Origin: a candidate division Kazan bacterium GW2011_GWA1_50_15
GTDB lineage: Bacteria; Patescibacteriota; Kazan-3B-28
Reading direction: 5' to 3'
NCBI GenBank assembly: GCA_001029795.1
Contig: CP011216.1
Span: 565,580-602,646, forward strand
Length of the DNA: 37,067 bases
This document shows, one piece after another, positions 7,737-15,365 of the stretch (the first letter of the stretch is position 1; every line of letters starts with the position of its first letter). Under the pieces are notes generated by a model. That model made no database searches and had not been told where the DNA came from. It worked only from the letters and a program-made list of their open reading frames with translations. The position numbers and the translations under genes are program-made.

Positions 7737-7943
7737 GTTACTTTCCTCTTGGGGAAAGTAACCAAAGCCGTGGCCCTGGCGGCTCCGGCTCTATGCCATG
7801 GCAAAATCATCTTTTCGCTTAAAGGGGCAAACTCGCTTTCGGCTCAAACATGCCCCACGCGGCGGTGATTTCACTCATGGCAGGACGAGCCTCCGCCGAA
7901 GGGCCATTAGAGATGGAGATGCAGTCCGTTCAAGGGCCGGTAT
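7737..7943 (+). repeat. Copy 1 of a two-copy structured intergenic element (candidate ncRNA or MITE/REP-like element)
   Basis: Aligns block-wise with 36888-37045 in the same orientation. Shared parts are a hairpin with constant loop TCTTGG and covarying stem, CCAAAGCCGTGGCCCTG, TGGCAAAA, CAGGACGA and AAGGGCCGGTA. The central part differs in sequence, but both versions fold into a GC-rich hairpin. Confidence 0.6.
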
Positions 7944-7951
7944 TGTATAAT
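7944..7951 (+). promoter_or_regulatory. Extended -10 box (TGtTATAAT) of pmm, leaderless geometry
   Basis: A perfect TGnTATAAT ends 6 nt before ATG 7958. No SD lies in the gap. Confidence 0.5.
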
Positions 7952-7957
7952 CTCTGT

Positions 7958-9313
7958 ATGGATAAGAGTATTTTTCGGGCATATGACATCAGGGGGGTCT
8001 ATCCGACCGAGTTGAACGAGCAGGACGCCTACCAAATAGGACGGGCGGTGTTTGAGTACGCTAAACCCAAAAAAGTGGCGGTCGGACGGGACGCTCGGTT
8101 GAGCGCGCCGGTTATTCATCAGGCCATGATGCGAGCGTTCCTCGACGTTGGCTGTGAAGTGACCGATCTAGGCATGATCGGGAGTGATATGGCGGTGTTC
8201 GCGGCAGGGGCTTACGATTTTGATTTAGTAGTGATGGTGACGGCCTCGCATAATCCCAAGGAATGGATTGGGATTAAATTAATCAAACGGGGCGGAGCGC
8301 CGATTGGCGGGGCGGGGGAAATCCAAGAGATTGCCGACCTAGTCGGCAAGTTACAAATTACAAGTTACAAATTACAAAGTGGGCAGATAAAGTATTTGGA
8401 GATATTGCCGGAGTGGATAGAGCATATCTTGTCATTTATCAGTTCCGAAGTTATCCGATCGTATAAGATAGTGGTGGATGCGGGGAACGGGGTGGCGGGG
8501 CCGATCGTGCACGAGTTAGCTAAACGTTTACCTATTGAGCTGACTGAGCTTTACTGCGAGCCGGACGGTAATTTCCCCAATCATCAACCCAGTCCAATTG
8601 AGCCGCAAAATACAGCCGATCTATGTCGAAAGGTAGTGGAGGTGGGAGCGGATTTGGGTGTAGCGTTTGATGGTGACGCTGATAGGGTGTTTTTGGTAGA
8701 CGAAAAAGGTCAGCGGGTGACCGGCAGCGAAATGACAGCTATAATACTCGATGAAGTGCTGACCCAAGACCCGGCTCGGGTTGTGCTATACAATGCGATT
8801 TGCGGCTGGAATGTGCGAGACGTCATTGCAAAGCATCGGGCGACTGCTCACCGTACCCGAGTGGGGCACGGTTATATTAAGAAGGATATGCGCGAATTCG
8901 GTGCCTATTTTGCCGGTGAGCACTCGGGTCACTATTTCTTTAAAGATAATTTTTGCGCTGACTCGGGGTTGATTCCGGTGGTGATAGTGCTGGCGTTGCT
9001 GTCGGTTCGCGAACAAAAACTCGGCGAGGTAGTGGCGGAACATCGTCGGTATGTCTCGATTCCAGAGACTAACTTTAGGGTTGTTGACACTAAGGTGGCC
9101 ATTGAAAAATTAGTCCAACACTATGTCGATAAAGAGATTGATCGGTTGGATGGGGTGACTATCCAGGGGGGCGATTGGTGGGCGAATATTCGGCCAAGTC
9201 AGACCGAACCACTTTTGCGGCTGAATGTCGAAGCTACCACCCCAGAGATTTTGGAGCGGGTGGTTGCAGAGCTGACTGAACAAATTACTGCGCTAGACCG
9301 AGTTTCCGTTTAA
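7958..9313 (+). CDS. Phosphomannomutase/phosphoglucomutase (alpha-D-phosphohexomutase family)
   Basis: Starts MDKSIFRAYDIRG. Active-site loop TASHNPKEW, Mg-binding FDGDADRV, sugar loop GEHSGHY. The 36-codon upstream extension of the ORF (7850-7957) covers the repeat element and is not counted. Confidence 0.9.
   Translation: MDKSIFRAYDIRGVYPTELNEQDAYQIGRAVFEYAKPKKVAVGRDARLSAPVIHQAMMRAFLDVGCEVTDLGMIGSDMAVFAAGAYDFDLVVMVTASHNPKEWIGIKLIKRGGAPIGGAGEIQEIADLVGKLQITSYKLQSGQIKYLEILPEWIEHILSFISSEVIRSYKIVVDAGNGVAGPIVHELAKRLPIELTELYCEPDGNFPNHQPSPIEPQNTADLCRKVVEVGADLGVAFDGDADRVFLVDEKGQRVTGSEMTAIILDEVLTQDPARVVLYNAICGWNVRDVIAKHRATAHRTRVGHGYIKKDMREFGAYFAGEHSGHYFFKDNFCADSGLIPVVIVLALLSVREQKLGEVVAEHRRYVSIPETNFRVVDTKVAIEKLVQHYVDKEIDRLDGVTIQGGDWWANIRPSQTEPLLRLNVEATTPEILERVVAELTEQITALDRVSV
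8348..8380 (+). repeat. Heptanucleotide tandem array (AAGTTAC AAATTAC AAGTTAC AAATTAC AAAGT) inside pmm
   Basis: Read directly from the sequence. Four full 7-nt units plus a partial one, in frame, encoding KLQITSYKLQS. Confidence 0.8.
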
Positions 9314-10274
9314 CTTCGGTTAGCATGGGGTGAGCGAGGCGGGCGGCACGCTTGGCGCCGGATTTCAAAATAGCATCGAGCAGACGCTTATTTTTCATAT
9401 AGTGTTCGATCTTGGTCTGGAGGGGAGTTAGTTTTCCGATAACTAGATCAGCCAGCTCACGCTTCAAGTCGCCGTAACCTTTGCCCGCGAAGTGACGCTC
9501 GATCTGTGCCTCGGTCTGCCCAGAGAAGAGTTGATAGATAGTGAGTAAATTGTGGAGACCGGCCCGCTTGGGATCGAATTTGATCGTAGAGCCGGAATCA
9601 GTCACGGCGCGCATAATTTTTTTGCGGATAACATCAGAACTATCGGTCAAAGCGATATAGTTAGCCGGCGAAGCACTCTTACTCATCTTTTTGGTGGGGT
9701 CATCCAAACCCATAATGCGGGCGCCGGACTTGCGCAGTATCACTTCTGGGACGGGAAAAGTTTTGCCAAAGCGATGATTAAAGCGCTGAGCCAGGTCGCG
9801 GGCCAACTCAACGTGCTGGGTTTGGTCCTCGCCGACAGGAACCGCCTGGGTGCCGTACAATAGAATATCGGCTGCCATCAGGACCGGGTAGTCGAATAGG
9901 CCGACTGAGGCTCGGCCGCTACCGCCTTTCTGGGATTTGTCCTTGAACTGGGTCATTCGCGAGAGTTCTCCCATGGTTGTGATCGTATTTAAAAGCCAAG
10001 CCAACTCGGCATGAGCCGGGACCTGGGACTGAACAAAGACAATGGACTGTCTGGGATTAATTCCAGCCGCCAAGTAGGTAGCCGCGGTCCGGTAGATATT
10101 ATCAGTCAGCTCTTTAGGGTCCTGCGGCACGGTAATGGCGTGCAGATCCACTACACAAAAGATATTGTCATACTTGGCCTGTCCCTCTACCCACTGTTGG
10201 ATGGCCCCGAGATAGTTGCCGATATGGAGTACCCCGCTGGGTTGAATACCGGAAAATACAACCTTTTTAGCCAT
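9285..10274 (-). CDS. trpS: Tryptophan--tRNA ligase
   Basis: Class I motifs HIGN (GVLHIGNYLGA) and KMSKS, about 330 aa. Start chosen at ATG 10274 (MAKKVVFSGIQPSG). The 19-codon upstream extension to 10331 would abut the divergent gene. The 3' end overlaps the pmm 3' end by 29 nt. Confidence 0.9.
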   Translation of the reverse strand: MAKKVVFSGIQPSGVLHIGNYLGAIQQWVEGQAKYDNIFCVVDLHAITVPQDPKELTDNIYRTAATYLAAGINPRQSIVFVQSQVPAHAELAWLLNTITTMGELSRMTQFKDKSQKGGSGRASVGLFDYPVLMAADILLYGTQAVPVGEDQTQHVELARDLAQRFNHRFGKTFPVPEVILRKSGARIMGLDDPTKKMSKSASPANYIALTDSSDVIRKKIMRAVTDSGSTIKFDPKRAGLHNLLTIYQLFSGQTEAQIERHFAGKGYGDLKRELADLVIGKLTPLQTKIEHYMKNKRLLDAILKSGAKRAARLAHPMLTEVKRKLGLAQ

Positions 10275-10329
10275 AGAAAATTGTTTAAATGACACCTTCA
10301 CGATACCATAAAAGCACCTTTTTACTGCC

Positions 10330-11211
10330 ATGAAGGAAGCTCTAGTCCCGCTGGTTTTCTTTGCTCAATTTGACCGGCCGCTGACTCTGCAACAGTTGCG
10401 ACGCTATGGGTGGGGGAGAGAGTTTGGCGTGGATGAATTGAAGCAAATTATTAAAAAAAGCGACATGCACTTGTCGGGCGCGCTATGTTATTTGGATGAA
10501 ACACACTTAAGCGAATACGCCCGGCGACAGGAATTGGCCAAAAAGTTTTGGCAAAGGGTTAAGCAAAGCCGATGGGTGTTCGCTAACGTTCCGTTCATTA
10601 AGATGGTAGCGATAGGTAACACGCTAGCATATGATAATGTTCACGAGAACTCGGATATAGATTTGTTTATTGTGACCACCTCTGGACGAGTGTGGACGGC
10701 GCGGGCGGTGTTGCTCCTATGGTTAGGCCTGTTGGGTCTTAGGGTGCGATCGGTGAAAAAGTATCTGCTGATCTCTCCGGAGTTTTTTGTGGACGAAACT
10801 GCATTGGATCTGTCACTCTGTGCTATCGCGAATGACTACTATTTGGCGTATTGGCTGGCAGATCTGGCACCGGTATGGCGGACTGACTATTTCGATACGG
10901 TCTGGAACGCTAATCGGTGGCTGAAGGATAAATTGCCGGTGGCGTACCGGAGTCCCAACTTGCGGACTGAATTTAATGGCCCTGCTCGGGCGTCTTGGTT
11001 CGGCTGGGCGCTGGAGAAGATTTTGGCAGGCAGGTTCGGTGATAGGATAGAAGCGTGGGCGCGGGCGAAACAGCAGCGCATTATTGACCGCAACAAAGTG
11101 AAACTGGGGATTAATCCGAGCGTGATAGCCGACGACCATGTCATCAAGATCCATTTTAATGACAAACGAGCCGAGGTCAGAGAGCGGATCGAAGAGTTCT
11201 TGGCTAGGTAA
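10330..11211 (+). CDS. Hypothetical protein with a Pol-beta-type nucleotidyltransferase signature
   Basis: 293 aa. AIGNTLAYDNVHENSDIDLFIV fits hG[GS/N]-x(9-13)-DhDh. The rest was not recognised. Confidence 0.5.
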   Translation: MKEALVPLVFFAQFDRPLTLQQLRRYGWGREFGVDELKQIIKKSDMHLSGALCYLDETHLSEYARRQELAKKFWQRVKQSRWVFANVPFIKMVAIGNTLAYDNVHENSDIDLFIVTTSGRVWTARAVLLLWLGLLGLRVRSVKKYLLISPEFFVDETALDLSLCAIANDYYLAYWLADLAPVWRTDYFDTVWNANRWLKDKLPVAYRSPNLRTEFNGPARASWFGWALEKILAGRFGDRIEAWARAKQQRIIDRNKVKLGINPSVIADDHVIKIHFNDKRAEVRERIEEFLAR

Positions 11212-12496
11212 AGCCGAGAAGGGTTTATTGTGGCTGTCAGTGTTCTTACTGCCGTGGCAGCTGCGGCATACGGTGATGTTCGCTGCAGTTAACGGCGGTT
11301 ATTTTGAATATGGGTCTTGGCATATCTACGCGACCGATTTGGTGATCGCTGTTTTATTGTTGCTGTGGCTAGTCCGTCAGAGCCGACAATTTACTAGCGG
11401 TCCGCGGTGGTTGAATTTGCCGCTGCTGGCGCTGTTGGTCTGGCTAACCCTGTCTATCGCTTGGGCGGGAGACAAGTCATTGGCCGCCATCACCGCCGCG
11501 CACTGGTGGTTGGCGTACGGCTGGTATCTGTATTTATTGAATCGGGTGGAAGATATTGGGCAGATCTTAAATCCACTGACATGGGGGATCGGTCTGCAGG
11601 CGGCGTGGGGGGTAATGCAGTATATGGTGAACCACTCGCTGGGATTGCCGTGGCTAGGTGAGTCGGTGCTGAACCCGCAGGTCTCGGGTGTTCCGGTAGT
11701 TATTGCCGATGGTATCCGCCAGTTGCGGGCGCATGGGACGTTGCCGCACGCAAATATGCTGGGCGGGGTATTAGTAGCGGCCGTGCCGGCGCTGATCTAT
11801 TGGTACGCCACTCTGTCTCGGTCGCAGCTCCGGCGATGGTTGGCGGCAATAATTATATTGGTGGCGATGGCCGTCGGGTTGTCGTTCGCCCGCGGAGCGT
11901 GGATGGTGTTGGGAGTAAGTTTGATAACGATGATCGTTTCAGGATGGGGCTGGGGCAACCGGCGGCAGGCTAACATCGCCTTGGGCGCGCTGCTGTTTTT
12001 TGTAGTCACCTTGGCGACGCAGTATCAGTTCGTATTAAATCGGTTTAATTTGTCGGATAGTTTAGAAGAGCGCTCGGTGAATGAGCGGATTGAAGGAGCC
12101 GCGATGTGGGAGAGAGTAGCCGGGGCGAATGCGGTTCGAGGAGTAGGGATCGGCAACTATGCCGTGGCCCTGCAAACGGTCGACGGGACCCAACCGGTTT
12201 GGTGGTATCAGCCAGTTCATAATATTTATCTGCTGGTTACCGGTGAGCTGGGGATAGTGGGAGCCGCGATCTGGGCATGGTTGATCGCGGCGCTGGTCTG
12301 GTTTCAGGTAAAACTACGGCGCAGGCCGGAAGCTTGGCTGTTGGTTCTGCCACTCGACGCTTGGTTGGCTCTTGGACTGGTCGACCATTGGCCGGTCTCG
12401 CTTCAGCAAGGGAGATTATTACTGTTTATGGCTCTGGTATTGCTTATTTTAGCGAGTAAGGTATCTTTAACTAAGCCGGAAAGTAAACTATACTAA
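11138..12496 (+). CDS. O-antigen ligase / Wzy_C-like polytopic membrane protein
   Basis: About 10-12 predicted TM helices and a periplasmic-loop motif SFARGAWM typical of the Wzy_C/RfaL family. The ORF start overlaps the upstream gene by 74 nt. TTG 11228 (GAAGG 6-7 nt upstream) or GTG 11240 is a more likely start. Confidence 0.7.
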   Translation: MSSRSILMTNEPRSESGSKSSWLGKAEKGLLWLSVFLLPWQLRHTVMFAAVNGGYFEYGSWHIYATDLVIAVLLLLWLVRQSRQFTSGPRWLNLPLLALLVWLTLSIAWAGDKSLAAITAAHWWLAYGWYLYLLNRVEDIGQILNPLTWGIGLQAAWGVMQYMVNHSLGLPWLGESVLNPQVSGVPVVIADGIRQLRAHGTLPHANMLGGVLVAAVPALIYWYATLSRSQLRRWLAAIIILVAMAVGLSFARGAWMVLGVSLITMIVSGWGWGNRRQANIALGALLFFVVTLATQYQFVLNRFNLSDSLEERSVNERIEGAAMWERVAGANAVRGVGIGNYAVALQTVDGTQPVWWYQPVHNIYLLVTGELGIVGAAIWAWLIAALVWFQVKLRRRPEAWLLVLPLDAWLALGLVDHWPVSLQQGRLLLFMALVLLILASKVSLTKPESKLY

Positions 12497-12500
12497 ATCT

Positions 12501-12890
12501 ATGGACGAGAACTACCAACCGATTGGATTAGAACCGCGCCGGGTCTCATCTGGAGGGGAGGACAGAGTATTTGCCGCTTTGAGCTACATCTCGATCTTGT
12601 TCGTAGTGCCGCTTATCTTGAAACACGACAACGACGATATCTATTTTCACGCTAAGCAGGGGATGGTGCTGTTCCTGTCTGAAGTTGTGGTCTGGTTTGT
12701 GTTGTTTATGCTGGAGTCGTTTATCGTGGCGCTGTTACCGCGAATCAGTTTTAGTATCACTTCATGGCTGGGGGCTTTGGCTTGGCTACTATTTGTGGGT
12801 TTAAGTATTGCAGGGGTTTATAATGCCATCCGAGGCAAGCGGTGGGAGATGCCGATTCTGGGGAAGATCGCCAAAAGCGTCGAAATTTAA
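12501..12890 (+). CDS. Small integral membrane protein (DUF4870-like)
   Basis: 129 aa with 3 hydrophobic helices. The motif AALSYISILFVVPLIL...D..IYFHAKQGMVLFL resembles the DUF4870 family (assignment by eye). TATACT lies 6 nt upstream of the ATG. Confidence 0.5.
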   Translation: MDENYQPIGLEPRRVSSGGEDRVFAALSYISILFVVPLILKHDNDDIYFHAKQGMVLFLSEVVVWFVLFMLESFIVALLPRISFSITSWLGALAWLLFVGLSIAGVYNAIRGKRWEMPILGKIAKSVEI

Positions 12891-12894
12891 TCGC

Positions 12895-12970
12895 GGGCCG
12901 TTGGCTCAGTTGGTAGAGCGCCTCCATGGCATGGAGGAGGTCACCGGTTCGAATCCGGTACGGTCCACCA
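12895..12970 (+). tRNA. tRNA-Ala (anticodon GGC), CCA encoded
   Basis: Acceptor GGGCCGT/ACGGTCC contains the G3:U70 alanine identity pair. Anticodon stem CCTCC/GGAGG with loop AT-GGC-AT. T arm ACCGG-TTCGAAT-CCGGT, discriminator A, CCA at 12968-12970. Confidence 0.9.
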
Positions 12971-12990
12971 GAACTCCTCCGGTGGCTTTT

Positions 12991-12999
12991 TGTTATGAT
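12991..12999 (+). promoter_or_regulatory. Extended -10-like box (TGtTATGAT) of leuS, leaderless geometry
   Basis: TGnTATGAT ends 8 nt before ATG 13008 and no SD lies in the gap. Confidence 0.4.
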
Positions 13000-13007
13000 A
13001 AACCCAT

Positions 13008-15362
13008 ATGAAAGAGGGTCACTATGACCATCTGGCCATCGAGGCCAAGTGGCAGAAATACTGGGACAGGGAAAAGTTGTTCACGGCCAAGACCGGGGCT
13101 AAAGCCCCCAAGGCCTATACCTTGGACATGTTCGCCTATCCATCAGGCGATGGTTTGCATGTGGGGCATCCGCGCGGGTACATTGCTACCGACATTTTTG
13201 CTCGCTACTATCGAATGCGGGGAATGAATGTATTGCGGCCGGTCGGCTGGGATGCATTTGGCTTGCCGGCTGAAAATTATGCGATTAAAGTCGGTAAGCC
13301 GCCGGCTGAAACGACAAAGGAAAATATTAAACGATTCACTAAGCAATTAAAATCGCTTGGTTTTGTTTATGACTGGGAACGGGAAATTAATACTTCAGAA
13401 CCGGAATATTACAAATGGACCCAATGGCTGTTTAAGGTTCTATACGACAATGGCTACGCTTACCAGAAAGAGGCCTATGCTAATTGGTGTCCGAGTTGCC
13501 AAACGGTTTTGGCTAACGAACAAGTGGCGAACGGACGATGCGAAAGATGCGATACATTGGTTGAGCAAAAACTTCTCAAGCAGTGGTTTTTCAAGATTAC
13601 GGATTTTGCGGATGAGTTGATTTCCGGCTTGGATAAAGTGGACTGGCCGGAGTCGACAAAAGTAGGCCAAAGGAATTGGATAGGACGCTCTGAAGGAGCT
13701 TCGTTGAAATTCCAAATTCCAAATTCCAAATTCCAAATTGAGGTGTTCACCACGCGGGCGGATACGATGTTTGGGGCGACTTATTTGGTGCTGGCGCCGG
13801 AGCATCCAGTAATTAAAAATGAAAAATTAAAAATTAAAAATTTGGAGGAAGTTGCCCAATATATAGAAACAACTAAGAAAAAAAGTGAACTCGAAAGACA
13901 AATCCAGAAGGAGAAAACGGGTGTCCAGCTAGAAGGGGTTACGGCGGTTAATCCGGCGACAGGGAAAGAAATTCCGATTTGGGTTGCGGACTATGTGTTG
14001 ATGGACTATGGAACAGGAGCGATTATGGCGGTGCCAGCCCACGACGAGCGGGATTTTGAATTCGCGAAGAAGTTTGATTTGCCGGTTGAGCGGGTTATCA
14101 AAGGTGGTGAATTGCCATCTACCGGCCATGGGCAATTAATTAATTCAGGTGAATTCAGCGGACGAAATTCGATGGCCGCTGCCGCGGACATGGCTAAACA
14201 GTTTGGTGGCAAGATGCAGATTCAATACAAACTGCACGACTGGCTAATCTCGCGCCAACGCTATTGGGGCGCCCCAATCCCAATTATCTATAAGAAGGGT
14301 CAGCCGATGTTGGTAGAGGAGAAGGATTTGCCGGTGATGTTACCAACTGATGTTGACTTTAAACCGACGGGACAGTCGCCACTTTTGGGCTCGAAGGAAT
14401 TTCAGAAAGATGTAGAGAAAAAATATGGCAAGGGTGCGCGCCGAGAGCTGGACACGATGGATACGTTTGTCTGTTCGTCGTGGTATTTCTTGCGTTACTG
14501 TGATCCGCATAATGAGAAAGAGTTTGCCGATAAAAAATCTTTAAAATACTGGATGCCAGTCGACCTATATATTGGCGGAGCGGAACATACTAATGGGCAT
14601 CTATTATATGCCCGGTTTATCACCAAGGTTTTACATAAATTGGGATATTTAAATTTTGACGAACCGTTTTTGAAATTACGGCATCAGGGTTTAATTTTGG
14701 CGCCGGATGGGGAAAAAATGAGCAAATCCCGCGGCAATGTGATTAATCCCGACGATCTGATCGCCAAGTACGGCGCCGACACTTTGCGGGTGTATGAGAT
14801 GTTCATGGGACCATTTGACCAGACAGTGGCATGGGACACTAACGGGGTGACGGGCGTGCGCAAGTTTTTGGAGCGGGCCTATAAACTGGTGCAGGAGCGC
14901 AAATCCGCTTTAGCTAGTGAAGATAGTTCAGTCCATCGGTTAGTGAAAAAGGTTACCGAAGATATTGAGGAGATGAAGTTCAATACAGTGGTGAGCGGTA
15001 TGATGGAGTTCGTTAATGATATGAGCCGGGTTAAGGATGGTGGTTGGACGGAAAGCTTTGTGAAAGTGTTGGCTCCATTTGCGCCGCATCTGGCGGAGGA
15101 GATGTGGCAGAAAATCTTGGGCAAGCAGAAGAGCGTGTTTGCATCGACCTGGCCAACCTTTGATCCCAGTAAGATAGCTCACACTACGGTAGTGATAGTT
15201 GTGCAGGAAAAAGGCAAACTGCGGGGCACGGTCAATCTACCGGCCGGCGCGTCCAAAGATGAAGTGTTGACTGCAGTCATGCAAGACGAACGGTTGGCCA
15301 AGATCGCCAAGATGGCCAGCCGAGAGGTGTTTGTGCCGGATAAAATTATTAATTTTGTTTAA
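13008..15362 (+). CDS. leuS: Leucine--tRNA ligase
   Basis: 784 aa. HIGH-type motif (GLHVGHPRGY), KMSKS, the CP1 editing-domain signature TTRADTMFGATY and the N-terminal KWQKYW. Confidence 0.95.
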   Translation: MKEGHYDHLAIEAKWQKYWDREKLFTAKTGAKAPKAYTLDMFAYPSGDGLHVGHPRGYIATDIFARYYRMRGMNVLRPVGWDAFGLPAENYAIKVGKPPAETTKENIKRFTKQLKSLGFVYDWEREINTSEPEYYKWTQWLFKVLYDNGYAYQKEAYANWCPSCQTVLANEQVANGRCERCDTLVEQKLLKQWFFKITDFADELISGLDKVDWPESTKVGQRNWIGRSEGASLKFQIPNSKFQIEVFTTRADTMFGATYLVLAPEHPVIKNEKLKIKNLEEVAQYIETTKKKSELERQIQKEKTGVQLEGVTAVNPATGKEIPIWVADYVLMDYGTGAIMAVPAHDERDFEFAKKFDLPVERVIKGGELPSTGHGQLINSGEFSGRNSMAAAADMAKQFGGKMQIQYKLHDWLISRQRYWGAPIPIIYKKGQPMLVEEKDLPVMLPTDVDFKPTGQSPLLGSKEFQKDVEKKYGKGARRELDTMDTFVCSSWYFLRYCDPHNEKEFADKKSLKYWMPVDLYIGGAEHTNGHLLYARFITKVLHKLGYLNFDEPFLKLRHQGLILAPDGEKMSKSRGNVINPDDLIAKYGADTLRVYEMFMGPFDQTVAWDTNGVTGVRKFLERAYKLVQERKSALASEDSSVHRLVKKVTEDIEEMKFNTVVSGMMEFVNDMSRVKDGGWTESFVKVLAPFAPHLAEEMWQKILGKQKSVFASTWPTFDPSKIAHTTVVIVVQEKGKLRGTVNLPAGASKDEVLTAVMQDERLAKIAKMASREVFVPDKIINFV
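13707..13739 (+). repeat. Heptanucleotide tandem array (AAATTCC)x4 plus AAATT inside leuS
   Basis: Read directly from the sequence. In frame, encoding KFQIPNSKFQI. Confidence 0.85.
13811..13844 (+). repeat. Heptanucleotide tandem array (AATTAAA AATGAAA AATTAAA AATTAAA AATTTG) inside leuS
   Basis: Read directly from the sequence. Encodes IKNEKLKIKNL. Confidence 0.8.
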
Positions 15363-15365
15363 CCG

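Noticed and set aside
7850-7957. 36-codon N-terminal extension of the pmm ORF (MPHAAVISLMAGRAS...)
   Set aside because: It lies on the repeated intergenic element and across the TGtTATAAT box. Phosphohexomutases typically start right at M..IFRAYDIRG, which is what ATG 7958 gives. The extension has no counterpart in copy 2 of the element.
10275-10331. 19-codon N-terminal extension of trpS (MAVKRCFYGIVKVSFKQFS)
   Set aside because: TrpRS normally begins a few residues before the HIGH motif, and ATG 10274 gives MAKKVVFSGIQPSG. The extension would remove all promoter space and abut the divergent gene at 10330.
12808-13011. ORF 12808..13011(+)
   Set aside because: It runs through tRNA-Ala(GGC) and the end of the DUF4870-like gene. 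It is a chance open frame.
8348-13844. Heptamer arrays as a CRISPR or other spacer-containing array
   Set aside because: Units are 7 nt and directly tandem with no spacers, each array is only about 30 nt long, and the arrays lie inside conserved CDSs. No cas genes are present.
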